Positions 56,018 through 64,000 of a DNA stretch of 64,000 nt are shown piece after piece. The notes under the pieces are model-generated. The model was not told where the DNA came from. It ran no database searches and worked only from the letters and a program-made list of their open reading frames with translations. The stretch's first letter is position 1, and each line of letters begins with the position of its first letter. The stretch is from NCBI GenBank assembly GCA_965218095.1, contig OZ244587.1, forward strand, positions 2,275,928 to 2,339,927. Direction: 5' to 3'. The position numbers and the translations under genes are program-made. The DNA comes from Candidatus Poribacteria bacterium. Lineage in GTDB: Bacteria > Poribacteria > WGA-4E > PCPOR2b.

Positions 56018-56938
56018 CTACGCCACCAAATCTCTCTCAAACGCTTCCCAAAGTCTCTCAACTAAATCCATCCGGATTGGGTTGGGCATTCTGGCGATGT
56101 GGTGCCGAATACGAATCGAAAAGGTCTCGCCGCTCTTGAAAACATCCGTCCCTGGATAGGCAATGTAGTCCATCGCAATGCCGCCCATTCCGGAGGAAAG
56201 TCCGGCTGTCGTGGCGAGCTCAGTAAAGATGATGTGACGCCAGCCTTTCGGACTGGGATGACCAATCAACGCCGGCTGGTGCCACGTATCCGCGACTCTG
56301 CCGCCGCCCCGTAAAGCGTGTGGAATCAGCCCTATGCTTTCAAATGTCGATCCAGGCGCAACGATGTAAGCGTCCAGATGTTTCCCGCCAATGCTTTCAA
56401 AACTCCTAAACTCTTTATCCTTAGCCCAATAGAACAGGCTTTTTCCTCTGTTGATTTCTGTATAACAGGCGAAGAACTGAGCATACTCTACCAGGTCAAC
56501 AGGACTGCAATTGCGAATCGTTTGCCGGCAATCGTAGGTCAGCACATCGTGGCTATCTTGAGCTCGGAAGAACCACTCCTGGTGGGTCTGGATACCGTCA
56601 CACGTGTACTCACTTGTGACACGCTCGCATGCCTCTCGCTCCTCGTAGCCGGAGGTCGCTGGCGCCAACCGGGGCCATTTTTCATCTCCACGGCCGTGGT
56701 TCTTCCACCACTGCCACTCCCGACTGTCCCACGACCCACCATTGTAAACGAGTTCAAGTCCCTCTTCGACAACCACAAAACTAGCGACACCTGTGTGGGT
56801 GTGTCCGGCCGTCCGCACCCGAATAGAAGCCAGCAACCGTCCATCTCGATGATGAAGGGGGATGTCACAAAACGATTGCCCTTCGGTGTCTTGATATACT
56901 CCCTTTCGCTTTGATTCCATTGACATTCCTTTTCGCAT
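56018..56938 (-). CDS. Hypothetical protein
   Basis: Long ORF, family not recognised. Start moved to the ATG at 56938 (GAGG upstream) to remove the overlap with the dipeptidase gene. Confidence 0.45.
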   Translation of the reverse strand: MRKGMSMESKRKGVYQDTEGQSFCDIPLHHRDGRLLASIRVRTAGHTHTGVASFVVVEEGLELVYNGGSWDSREWQWWKNHGRGDEKWPRLAPATSGYEEREACERVTSEYTCDGIQTHQEWFFRAQDSHDVLTYDCRQTIRNCSPVDLVEYAQFFACYTEINRGKSLFYWAKDKEFRSFESIGGKHLDAYIVAPGSTFESIGLIPHALRGGGRVADTWHQPALIGHPSPKGWRHIIFTELATTAGLSSGMGGIAMDYIAYPGTDVFKSGETFSIRIRHHIARMPNPIRMDLVERLWEAFERDLVA

Positions 56939-56969
56939 GTTTGCCTCATGCGTTGGCGCGTGAGTAACG

Positions 56970-57992
56970 CTATTCCTCCCAAACTTCCCGAAAGAGCCGC
57001 AGCCAGTTTCCGCCAAGAATCTTGGAGGTATCGTCTGGTTTGTAGCCTCGGTTTATCAACGCAGCGGCGAGGTTTGGAAATTTGTCAGGGGTCTCAAAGC
57101 CCTTGGGCGACATAGGTAGCTGGTCATAGCGTATGGATGGATCAGCAAAGGTAGAGGGGTATTTTGTCCCCTGCTGTGACCCAATATACCGCCAGAAAGA
57201 CTCCGGCTGGTCCTGCGTAAAGTCAGTCCCAATTCCCACATGGTCAATTCCCACTCGCTCCACCATATCATCTATGGCATCCACATAGTCCTCTAGCGTG
57301 GATTCAAATTGGGTCGGCAGAAAAGAGGTGATGGAGGTTGCACCTATCACGCCCTTCCGTTCTACCAACAGTTTCAGTGCTTCGTCTGCCTTGTTTCGCG
57401 GGTGGTCGAAATAGGAGCGGGCGTTTGCGTGGGTAATCGCCACAGGTTTGTCCGACAGTTCTATAGCTTCCAACGTGGTGCGATCGCCGACATGGGAGAG
57501 GTCGATCAGGATACCCAGACGATTCATCTCCCGGACCGCGTCAACACCAAAGTTGCTCAGACCATCGTCTCTACGTTCCCAGCACCCATTTCCCAACAGA
57601 TTCCGCTCATGGTAGGTCAATTGGATGACTCGCATGCCCAGTGCATGAAACAGCGCAAGGCGGTCAAGGTCATTCTCAATGGGAGAAGCGTTCTGAGAGC
57701 CGAGAATGATCCCCACCTTGCCATCCTTCTTAGCTTGAAATAGCTCGTCTACAGTTCTCACTTGTACGAGGATGTCGTCGTACTCTCTGAACCGGTGCTG
57801 CCAAGCGGCTATGTTGTCCAAAGTCTCCGGGTAATTTTCCCACGTCGCCACCGTGGCGTTGATGGCCGTAACGCCGCCGGCGTGTAAGCTCTGGTACACG
57901 GCGGGACTATCCCAATTACTCACGTTTAGGCTGTCTATTACGACAGCTTCCTTGTAAAGTTGTGCTCCGGCGTCTGCTACTGGCGATTTCAT
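56970..57992 (-). CDS. Membrane dipeptidase (peptidase M19 family)
   Basis: GMRVIQLTYHERN, EMNRLGILIDLSHVGDRT, ITHANARSYFDHPRNKADE and GIGTDF motifs. Confidence 0.8.
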   Translation of the reverse strand: MKSPVADAGAQLYKEAVVIDSLNVSNWDSPAVYQSLHAGGVTAINATVATWENYPETLDNIAAWQHRFREYDDILVQVRTVDELFQAKKDGKVGIILGSQNASPIENDLDRLALFHALGMRVIQLTYHERNLLGNGCWERRDDGLSNFGVDAVREMNRLGILIDLSHVGDRTTLEAIELSDKPVAITHANARSYFDHPRNKADEALKLLVERKGVIGATSITSFLPTQFESTLEDYVDAIDDMVERVGIDHVGIGTDFTQDQPESFWRYIGSQQGTKYPSTFADPSIRYDQLPMSPKGFETPDKFPNLAAALINRGYKPDDTSKILGGNWLRLFREVWEE

Positions 57993-58042
57993 CTTATTCT
58001 CCTTCGCTGGAATTGTTCATTGTTGCATTAGAACTAATTTGA

Positions 58043-58462
58043 TTACCGCCTTAGTTTATGGGAGTAGGTGAGGAATTGAAACCCAAGTTTCAGAAGAGTT
58101 GGCTGACTCATTGGTTTGGCATCGACAGCGAGGAAACGAACCCCAAGACGTTTCGCCTCTCTCGCCCGCACGGCGACCAGGGCGCTATAGAAGCCACGCT
58201 TCTGGTAGGCGGGAAGGGTGCAACCCCCGTACAAATAAGCGAAATGAATCGGTCCCATCCAGGAAACTCTGGCGCAACTAACCGGTGCCCCATCGGCGTA
58301 CACCACGTACACACTTAGACGCTCGGGGTAATTCTGTAAAGCCTCTGCGATTGCCCGACATTGTGCGCTATAGTCATCGTGCCACACCTGCTCGTGAATA
58401 GACTGAACGATATGAACATCTTTGGGGTCAGTGATACGCCTCACTTCAGCGGAAAGTGTCAT
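58043..58462 (-). CDS. GNAT family N-acetyltransferase
   Basis: LPAYQKRGFYSALVAVRAREA acetyl-CoA motif. Confidence 0.7.
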   Translation of the reverse strand: MTLSAEVRRITDPKDVHIVQSIHEQVWHDDYSAQCRAIAEALQNYPERLSVYVVYADGAPVSCARVSWMGPIHFAYLYGGCTLPAYQKRGFYSALVAVRAREAKRLGVRFLAVDAKPMSQPTLLKLGFQFLTYSHKLRR

Positions 58463-59526
58463 CAGGCGTATCGTTCACGGAGCAACTCTGCTGCCTGACA
58501 CATCGCCTTGAGCTTCAGATACGCTTCGTCTAGATCCATGGGGTTCTGAACCGACGGCGAGAATCCACAATCCGGATGCAGTGTAATACGTTCTTTTTCC
58601 ACATACCGCATGGCTTCCTCCACCCGTGTGACCACATCCTCCGGCGTTTCCACCTGCCGGTTGCAATGGTCGATGCACCCGAGACCCAATCGCACATTCT
58701 CAGGGAATTGGGCGAGCGACGCCAAACCACCGGCGACAGGGGTGGCGTATTCCATTGAGATCGTACCGACCCGCACCTTTGCCAGCGCTGGCATAATCAG
58801 GCCGTAGGGACCTTCAGTGCCGTGCTTGTGGTCGAAGTGCGCGTGGCACAGATGCATCCCTGTCGCAATGCCTTCGATTCCGTCCAGCGTTTGGTTAATC
58901 AGATCTACACACAGATCCATCTCGTACTGCACGTCAGTAACACCCTCCCTCTCACGAAAGCTGGGATCAACCATTGTGCTGAGCCATGGCTCGTCGAGCT
59001 GCACCGTGTCCGCGCCGGCTTCGCGGATTAACTTAATTTCCTGCCGCAGGATGGGCACACAATCAGCCATCAGTTTTTCGCGGGTGGGGTACGCCGCTTT
59101 TGAGTGTTCCGGATACCACATCCGCCGGCCAATGATGTAGGGGGCAGGCAAGGTTGCCTTGATGCGTTGTTGGGTACGCGACCGGATGTAACGAATTTCC
59201 TCAACCACCAGGGGGCGGTGATATTCGATCGGCGCCACTACAGCCGGGTAGGGTAATCCACCGCTGGGATTGAGATCGGGGTGAAATCCCCGCACGCGCT
59301 CGGCAAAGACCTTGACGTAACTTTCTCGACGCCATTCACCATCGGTGAGCTCGTCCAATCCTGCTTGCTCTTGCAGCCGCAGAATCGATTCGATGGCCGG
59401 GTCGAGCAGGCGGTCGGTTTCTTCGTCGGAAATCTGCCCATTCTTGCGGTCCAGAATGAGCTCCCGCACCCAGGCCAGTCGGGGCAGGCTACCGATGACA
59501 GTCGTGGGAAACAGTGTGTTTGTCAT
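58462..59526 (-). CDS. Cobalamin-independent methionine synthase II family protein (MetE C-terminal-domain-like)
   Basis: FPTTVIGSLPR N-terminus, VQLDEPW, and the Zn-ligand region LGLGCIDHCN...HPDCGF. Confidence 0.75.
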   Translation of the reverse strand: MTNTLFPTTVIGSLPRLAWVRELILDRKNGQISDEETDRLLDPAIESILRLQEQAGLDELTDGEWRRESYVKVFAERVRGFHPDLNPSGGLPYPAVVAPIEYHRPLVVEEIRYIRSRTQQRIKATLPAPYIIGRRMWYPEHSKAAYPTREKLMADCVPILRQEIKLIREAGADTVQLDEPWLSTMVDPSFREREGVTDVQYEMDLCVDLINQTLDGIEGIATGMHLCHAHFDHKHGTEGPYGLIMPALAKVRVGTISMEYATPVAGGLASLAQFPENVRLGLGCIDHCNRQVETPEDVVTRVEEAMRYVEKERITLHPDCGFSPSVQNPMDLDEAYLKLKAMCQAAELLRERYA

Positions 59527-59971
59527 GATAAGTTTTCCTCTTCTTAAATCTTATATCAATAGGGATTACGCAGTCATCCCAATCATTTCGCAATTCATCT
59601 GCCTCTTGCATCCTGTTGTCTAACGATACAGTAATGGCATCAAAAAACGGACTGCTTCCCGTCCCGGTTGGATCAATCTGCGTGGTGGGAAGTGAAAAAT
59701 CGAAGCCCAAAATGGGCTCGGCGGCAATAATGGGAAAACTCTGTTCAAGGGTCGCGATAAAGAGTCCGTCGGCGAATTGCCCGGTCTTGAACTCTGCAAC
59801 ATTATTCCCGCCAACGTCCGTGACAAAGATAAAAGGGGACGGGGAGAGCGGCGTGTCGAACTCATCAAACGCTGGGACCATCCAGCCGGTGAGATCACCT
59901 GTCGCAAAGTCACCGTTGACAACACTGCTGGCGAGGACATTCCCCGCCCCAAAAGTACAAAGAACACCGAT
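59489..59971 (-). pseudogene. Secreted-protein gene split by IS5 copy C; its first 9.3 codons are at 60795..60822
   Basis: Removing the IS and one TA restores ATG CGA CGC GAT TTT TGG CTG ATT CTA CTA ATC GGT..., which reads MRRDFWLILLIGVLCTFGAGNVLASSVVNGDFATGDLTGW... This is an in-frame signal peptide. Confidence 0.7.
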
Positions 59972-59988
59972 TAGGTTCTGTTGACATT

Positions 59989-60423
59989 TCAACGGAGCCA
60001 TATAAGAGTGGAGACAAAGCTGAGAAATCCAAAATAACGGACAGCTAGCTTCTCAAACCGAGAGAAGATACGACGATACCATTTTATCTTGTTAATGAAA
60101 CATTCAACCCGATGTCTCTCTTTGTATAAGTGTTTGTCATACGTTCTTTGGTCGAGACGATGACTTTTTGGCGGTATCACCGCAATCGCTCCATTCGCCT
60201 CAATAACCGCGATAAAAGCGTCCGAATCGTACCCCTTGTCTCCAATCACATATTCACTGTTATATCCGATTATCAACCCTTCCGCCTCAGTTATGTCATG
60301 TCTCTGACCGGGTGTCAGATGAATTCTTAGGGGATTGCCTAGTCCGTTAACTGTGATGTGAATTTTTGTACTGAAACCGCCCCGAGAGCGACCTAATGCT
60401 TGGTTTTCAGTGCCACCGTTTTT
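59989..60423 (-). CDS. IS5-family transposase orfB (DDE part), no own start, +1 frame relative to orfA
   Basis: The frame opens just after a TAA at 60424..60426: [43 protein letters not shown]...GDKGYDSD...ERHRVECFINKIKWYRRIFSRFEK. Confidence 0.7.
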   Translation of the reverse strand, partial: KNGGTENQALGRSRGGFSTKIHITVNGLGNPLRIHLTPGQRHDITEAEGLIIGYNSEYVIGDKGYDSDAFIAVIEANGAIAVIPPKSHRLDQRTYDKHLYKERHRVECFINKIKWYRRIFSRFEKLAVRYFGFLSFVSTLIWLR

Positions 60424-60778
60424 TTAAGGCGCCCGCCGCAGACGGGTGAGCGCGGCAGATGGTACTGTCCACAATAAGCGACTTGATATCGGGGTCAGAG
60501 GCGAAGTGGTGGTGCATCTGTGTGAAGATACCTTTGTCGCACCATCGAGCAAACCGCTTGTAGCGGGTGTTCGATTTGCCATAGGTGTCTGGTAGAAGTC
60601 TCCATTGAGCGCTGCTACGAGTCACCCACAGAACTGCTTCGACGAAGCGGCGTGTAGCAGCTTCGTCGCCAACATAGATGGTGGGACAGCTTAGAAGAAA
60701 CTGGTATATCTTATTCCATTGTTCATCAGGTAAGGTTATTGGCGTCATTCTTCTATTATGCCACAACCTTATACTCAA
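60407..60778 (-). CDS. IS5-family transposase orfA (DUF4096-like N-terminal part)
   Basis: MSIRLWHNRRMTPITLPDEQWNKIYQFLL...[11 protein letters not shown]...AGALKKRWH*. Confidence 0.75.
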   Translation of the reverse strand: MSIRLWHNRRMTPITLPDEQWNKIYQFLLSCPTIYVGDEAATRRFVEAVLWVTRSSAQWRLLPDTYGKSNTRYKRFARWCDKGIFTQMHHHFASDPDIKSLIVDSTICRAHPSAAGALKKRWH

Positions 60779-61263
60779 ATGTCAACAGAACCTAGTAGAA
60801 TCAGCCAAAAATCGCGTCGCATTTTTTTATTTTCCTTTCATGCATGAGTGCGCGTCTTAGCCCGCCGGATGGCAATGTTAGCGGCGGCTGTTTTTTGTGG
60901 AAATCGATTGGCTTTGGAGTTGATAGTTTCAGATAGTCGAAAACAACGGCTGGAAATGCCGTTCATCAGGCAGAAAGGCGACGGAAAACAACAGTTGGCA
61001 GGAACGATGGAGAGGCGTCTCAATAGCGCTTTCGGTTACTCCTACTGTTCTTGAATGTGTTGATTGAACAATTTCTGGCCTCACTTTCTCAATTTGAACT
61101 GCCTTATATTATAGCACAATTTCGCCAGGAATACCATCAGGCAAAACCTAATTTTTACGTAGGGGATACCCCTACGTTGAAGCGGTATGCACAAAATCAT
61201 TAACCGATAGAAACCAAGCTGTGTCTTTCATCCTATTGACGATGATGCGCCTTAAAAATAAAT

Positions 61264-61294
61264 ACCTTGCGAAGGTTTGGAACCTTCGCAAGGT
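61264..61294. repeat. Palindromic element ACCTTGCGAAGGTT-TGG-AACCTTCGCAAGGT, copy 2
   Basis: Same arms as 38225..38257 with a 1-nt loop difference. A T-rich tail follows. Confidence 0.85.
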
Positions 61295-61764
61295 TCTGTT
61301 TATTCTTTTCCACAGCATCCATTAATTTGACTTTGGTACAATTCGCCCCCCGGCCCCCAATTCTAGAGGAGTTGAACCATTCTCTCGAAGGGTTTTCCTG
61401 TCTAATTGGTGCGTCCCGAAAGCCTTGAACTGAAGTTCAGAGCCTGCTCCGATCTATCGGAGTTTCTAGCGAAGCGAGATCCCGCACAGCGGGGCTCAAA
61501 GCTGAATCCACTCTTTGCACTATATACAAACCTTCATCGAATTTAAGAAATGAAGCACTCGTCGTCTTAATTCCGCTCCACACAATCTTGACACTGTTAG
61601 CGCAGAAACCATGCCGAAGTGGATTTCCATGACGAAACAGCGACGCAAACCCGCACTACACCTAGCCAAACGCAGAAAATAAGGAAAAAACGAAACAGGA
61701 AGGGTAAAGAGAGGTAGGAACTTATCGATGAGACTTTCTTGAATTGACGTAGCTTGGAGGCACC

Positions 61765-61799
61765 TATCAAAGTGATAAAGATTCTTATCGAAGTGATAA
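61765..61799 (+). promoter_or_regulatory. Two direct copies of a TATC-N5-GATA palindrome spaced 21 bp (candidate operator pair)
   Basis: TATCAAAGTGATAA (61765..61778) and TATCGAAGTGATAA (61786..61799). Confidence 0.3.
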
Positions 61800-62050
61800 G
61801 CGATGTCTCCAGAGAAAGACAATCTGGGACAACGCCGGGATTTGTTGCGACGAAAATCTTGCTCTCACTCCACAAAACTGCTATAATTCCACCACAAGAA
61901 GGCGTTTATCAGTACATAAGATTCAAATAACATGCCTCGACACCTGACACTCTTGTAGTTGCAAACTTTGGCACTGAGCGGATTCAAGCCGAAATTCGTA
62001 AAGATCCAATCTGATAATGCGAAAGGTCGGTCATAATTAGAGACATCCAA

Positions 62051-62551
62051 ATGAAAACTCCCAAAACGAAGATCACCAATATACTTGATACGCACAGAAT
62101 TCCCTATCGTTTGTTACCACACAATGAACCCGTTTTCACTGTTGAGGCGGCAGCCAGGCAACGCGGTGTAGTCATGGAAGAGATGGTCAAATCGATTTTA
62201 TTGCGTGACAAAGATGAACATTATGTCATGGCATGCATCATAGGAAATGCACGACTCAACCCGAAGGCTGTGCGTGTGCACCTGCCCAAAGAATGGAGGC
62301 GACTGAGTTTCGCGACGGCAGAGGAGATCTTGACCGTCACTGGCTGCGTTCAGGGAGCCGTCGCGCCACTGGGATTGCCTGACAATGTGCCAGTTATTTT
62401 TGATGAGGCGATTGCACGCTGCACAAAAGTGAATATTAGCGGTGGTGATCCAATGGTGGGTCTGGAACTTGACACACAAGACTTAATAAGGGTAGCCGGT
62501 GCACGCCTTGCGCCAATCTCAGAATTTGAGAAAAATGTAAATGATGGGTGA
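62051..62551 (+). CDS. ybaK: YbaK/EbsC-family aminoacyl-tRNA deacylase
   Basis: 166 aa. ..VKSILLRDKDEHYVMACIIGNARLNPKAV...TGCVQGAVAPLGL...VNISGGDP fits the YbaK-domain layout. Confidence 0.7.
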   Translation: MKTPKTKITNILDTHRIPYRLLPHNEPVFTVEAAARQRGVVMEEMVKSILLRDKDEHYVMACIIGNARLNPKAVRVHLPKEWRRLSFATAEEILTVTGCVQGAVAPLGLPDNVPVIFDEAIARCTKVNISGGDPMVGLELDTQDLIRVAGARLAPISEFEKNVNDG

Positions 62552-62632
62552 TTTTACGAACCGCAAAAAGGGGCATTTCCCAGCCGCTGAGAACCAGGGC
62601 GATAGAGCACCGACCCTGCCTCAAACGAATCG

Positions 62633-62668
62633 GCGCCGGTAGTCATATTGACTATCGGTGCTTTTTTT
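62633..62668 (+). terminator. Rho-independent terminator after ybaK
   Basis: GCGCCGGTAGTCA-TAT-TGACTATCGGTGC (13-bp stem with two G-U pairs) followed by TTTTTTT. Confidence 0.65.
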
Positions 62669-62997
62669 ATTTGTGCAACCTATTTTTCTTGTTTGGCGAG
62701 TGAAAGTTTGGTAAGATAAGGGTTGATTCCCGATAATTTCGCGGCGAAATCGACAATTTTAGTTGTGCCCGTTTTCCATCAACCAGGAGGCGATCTTGAA
62801 AAAGGTTATGGGGTATTGTGAGGGTAAAGGGTTCAAAAAACTGAATAAAGAACTGTTAGATAGGATTGTTCCAGGCATCTCACTAGATTTAGCGGAAGAA
62901 GGTGAAGTGACCGTATACAATTGTCTGTTTGTAGATACTTACTATTAACCGGAAGCTCTTGATTGCGGAAGCAACCCGAACAGGACTGGAGTTAATC

Positions 62998-63969
62998 ATG
63001 AAAAAGCTACTGATTGTCGGGCCGGGCGGACTCGGCGGCACAATTGCCGCCCTTTTAGCCCGAAGAGGGGAATGTGATGTTACCATCGTTGGTCGTCCGG
63101 GAGCCCATATTGATACGATTCAGAGGAACGGTCTCCGTCTGACAGGGCTTAAGGAATTTACCGTCCAAATTGATGCGATTGATGATGCGAAAAGCATCCA
63201 AGAATGCGATATCCTCATCTACACCGTGAAAGCCCAGGACACACAAGCAGCGCTGACGATTACAAAGGATATACATGTCCGCAACTTTGTTGCGTCTCTG
63301 CAGAATGGCGTGATAAAAGACGAAATGTTGGCCAGCACCTTCGGAAAGGAGAAAGTGCTCGGGGCCCTGGCTGTTGTGGCGGGAGAGCGTCCAGCGCCGG
63401 GAATCGTGAATTGGACGTACGATGGCGGCACACAATTTGGCGAACTGGAGGGCCAAACGTCAGGACGTGTGGATGAAATCGTGGATATTTTTCAACAGGC
63501 CGGGCTCATCACGCAATCCTCCGACGCTATTCTGTCCGCCACATGGTCAAAAATGGTCGGTTGGATACCCATCGGACTGCTTGCGACTCTGTCGAGACAG
63601 AGTAATGCAGGCGTTCTCTCGAACAGACTGCTTGCTACAGAGTATGTCGGAATGGTCCGCGAACTTAACGGTCTGGCTGCGGCGAAAGGAATCCCCTTAA
63701 CTAATCTCGGTCCCTACCATGTCAAAACGTGGTGTCAGGGAACCGCAGAAGCGGCAATCGAAAAGATAATGACATCACCTTTAGCGAGCAGCCAATCAAC
63801 CCACTCTGCTCTCCAGGATATACAGAAAGGCCAGACTACGGAATTCCAAGCGTGTGTCGGTCCCATGCTCAAGGAGGCGAGGGAGCATTCAATCCCCATG
63901 AAGGGAATACAGATGCTGTATGCCACGCTTATAGGATTAGAGGAAACCCTGAAGCGAGCGTCATACTGA
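62998..63969 (+). CDS. panE: 2-dehydropantoate 2-reductase (ketopantoate reductase family)
   Basis: MKKLLIVGPGGLGGTIAALLAR Rossmann start and length typical of ApbA/PanE. Start moved to the ATG at 62998. Confidence 0.7.
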   Translation: MKKLLIVGPGGLGGTIAALLARRGECDVTIVGRPGAHIDTIQRNGLRLTGLKEFTVQIDAIDDAKSIQECDILIYTVKAQDTQAALTITKDIHVRNFVASLQNGVIKDEMLASTFGKEKVLGALAVVAGERPAPGIVNWTYDGGTQFGELEGQTSGRVDEIVDIFQQAGLITQSSDAILSATWSKMVGWIPIGLLATLSRQSNAGVLSNRLLATEYVGMVRELNGLAAAKGIPLTNLGPYHVKTWCQGTAEAAIEKIMTSPLASSQSTHSALQDIQKGQTTEFQACVGPMLKEAREHSIPMKGIQMLYATLIGLEETLKRASY

Positions 63970-64000
63970 ATTCGGCTTGTTTTTTTCCCCTCTGGGGCGT

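Larger units (their letters stand above)
59972..60794 (-). mobile_element. IS5-family element, copy C (823 bp), two-ORF form
   Basis: Same IRs and TA flanks. orfA and orfB overlap at an A7 tract (60419..60425). Confidence 0.85.

Noticed and set aside
59972-60001. ATG at 60001 (MAPLKCQQNL...) as the genuine start of the 170-aa ORF.
   Set aside because: These codons are the IS5 terminal inverted repeat. The same peptide appears inside the copy A read-through ORF. The real gene start is on the other side of the IS, at 60822.

Overview
Chromosomal segment of an unidentified, probably uncultured, heterotrophic bacterium. All calls come from hand translation and motif recognition; no searches were run. 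Housekeeping genes are gdhA, gpsA, a transketolase-like gene, purA-rpsI-rplM, tRNA-Lys/tRNA-Glu, nth, a metE-like gene, ybaK and panE. They are interleaved with catabolic genes: 4-5 PhyH-type dioxygenases, 3 xylose-isomerase-like TIM barrels, 2 enolase-superfamily enzymes, Gfo/Idh/MocA, AKR, BNR/sialidase-like, DHDPS-like, threonine aldolase and an M19 dipeptidase. Four things stand out. (1) About 15 loci are broken against about 50 intact-looking CDS. The lesions are three in-frame TAG codons, single-nt frameshifts, a 19-bp tandem duplication, a 22-nt deletion, truncated remnants and IS insertions. (2) Mobile DNA is abundant: three copies of one IS5-family element in three different coding states, one of them cleanly splitting a signal-peptide gene. 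There is also a frameshifted IS4-like element, a DDE transposase remnant, and two copies of a small MITE-like element with target-site duplications. (3) Tandem heptamers (consensus ARCGTGA in the sense of the upstream gene) sit on or just after stop codons of at least seven genes, often paired with their inverse to form hairpins. A 13-nt tandem repeat at the purA 3' end has the same 1-mod-3 periodicity and also carries stop codons. (4) One cluster of exported proteins looks novel: a TlpA-like thioredoxin, a DUF3179 protein, a YceI-like protein flanked on both sides by (Asn-Pro-Cys)n repeats, and a Crp/Fnr regulator. Two of its members are disrupted. No CRISPR array, rRNA or recognisable defence system was seen.
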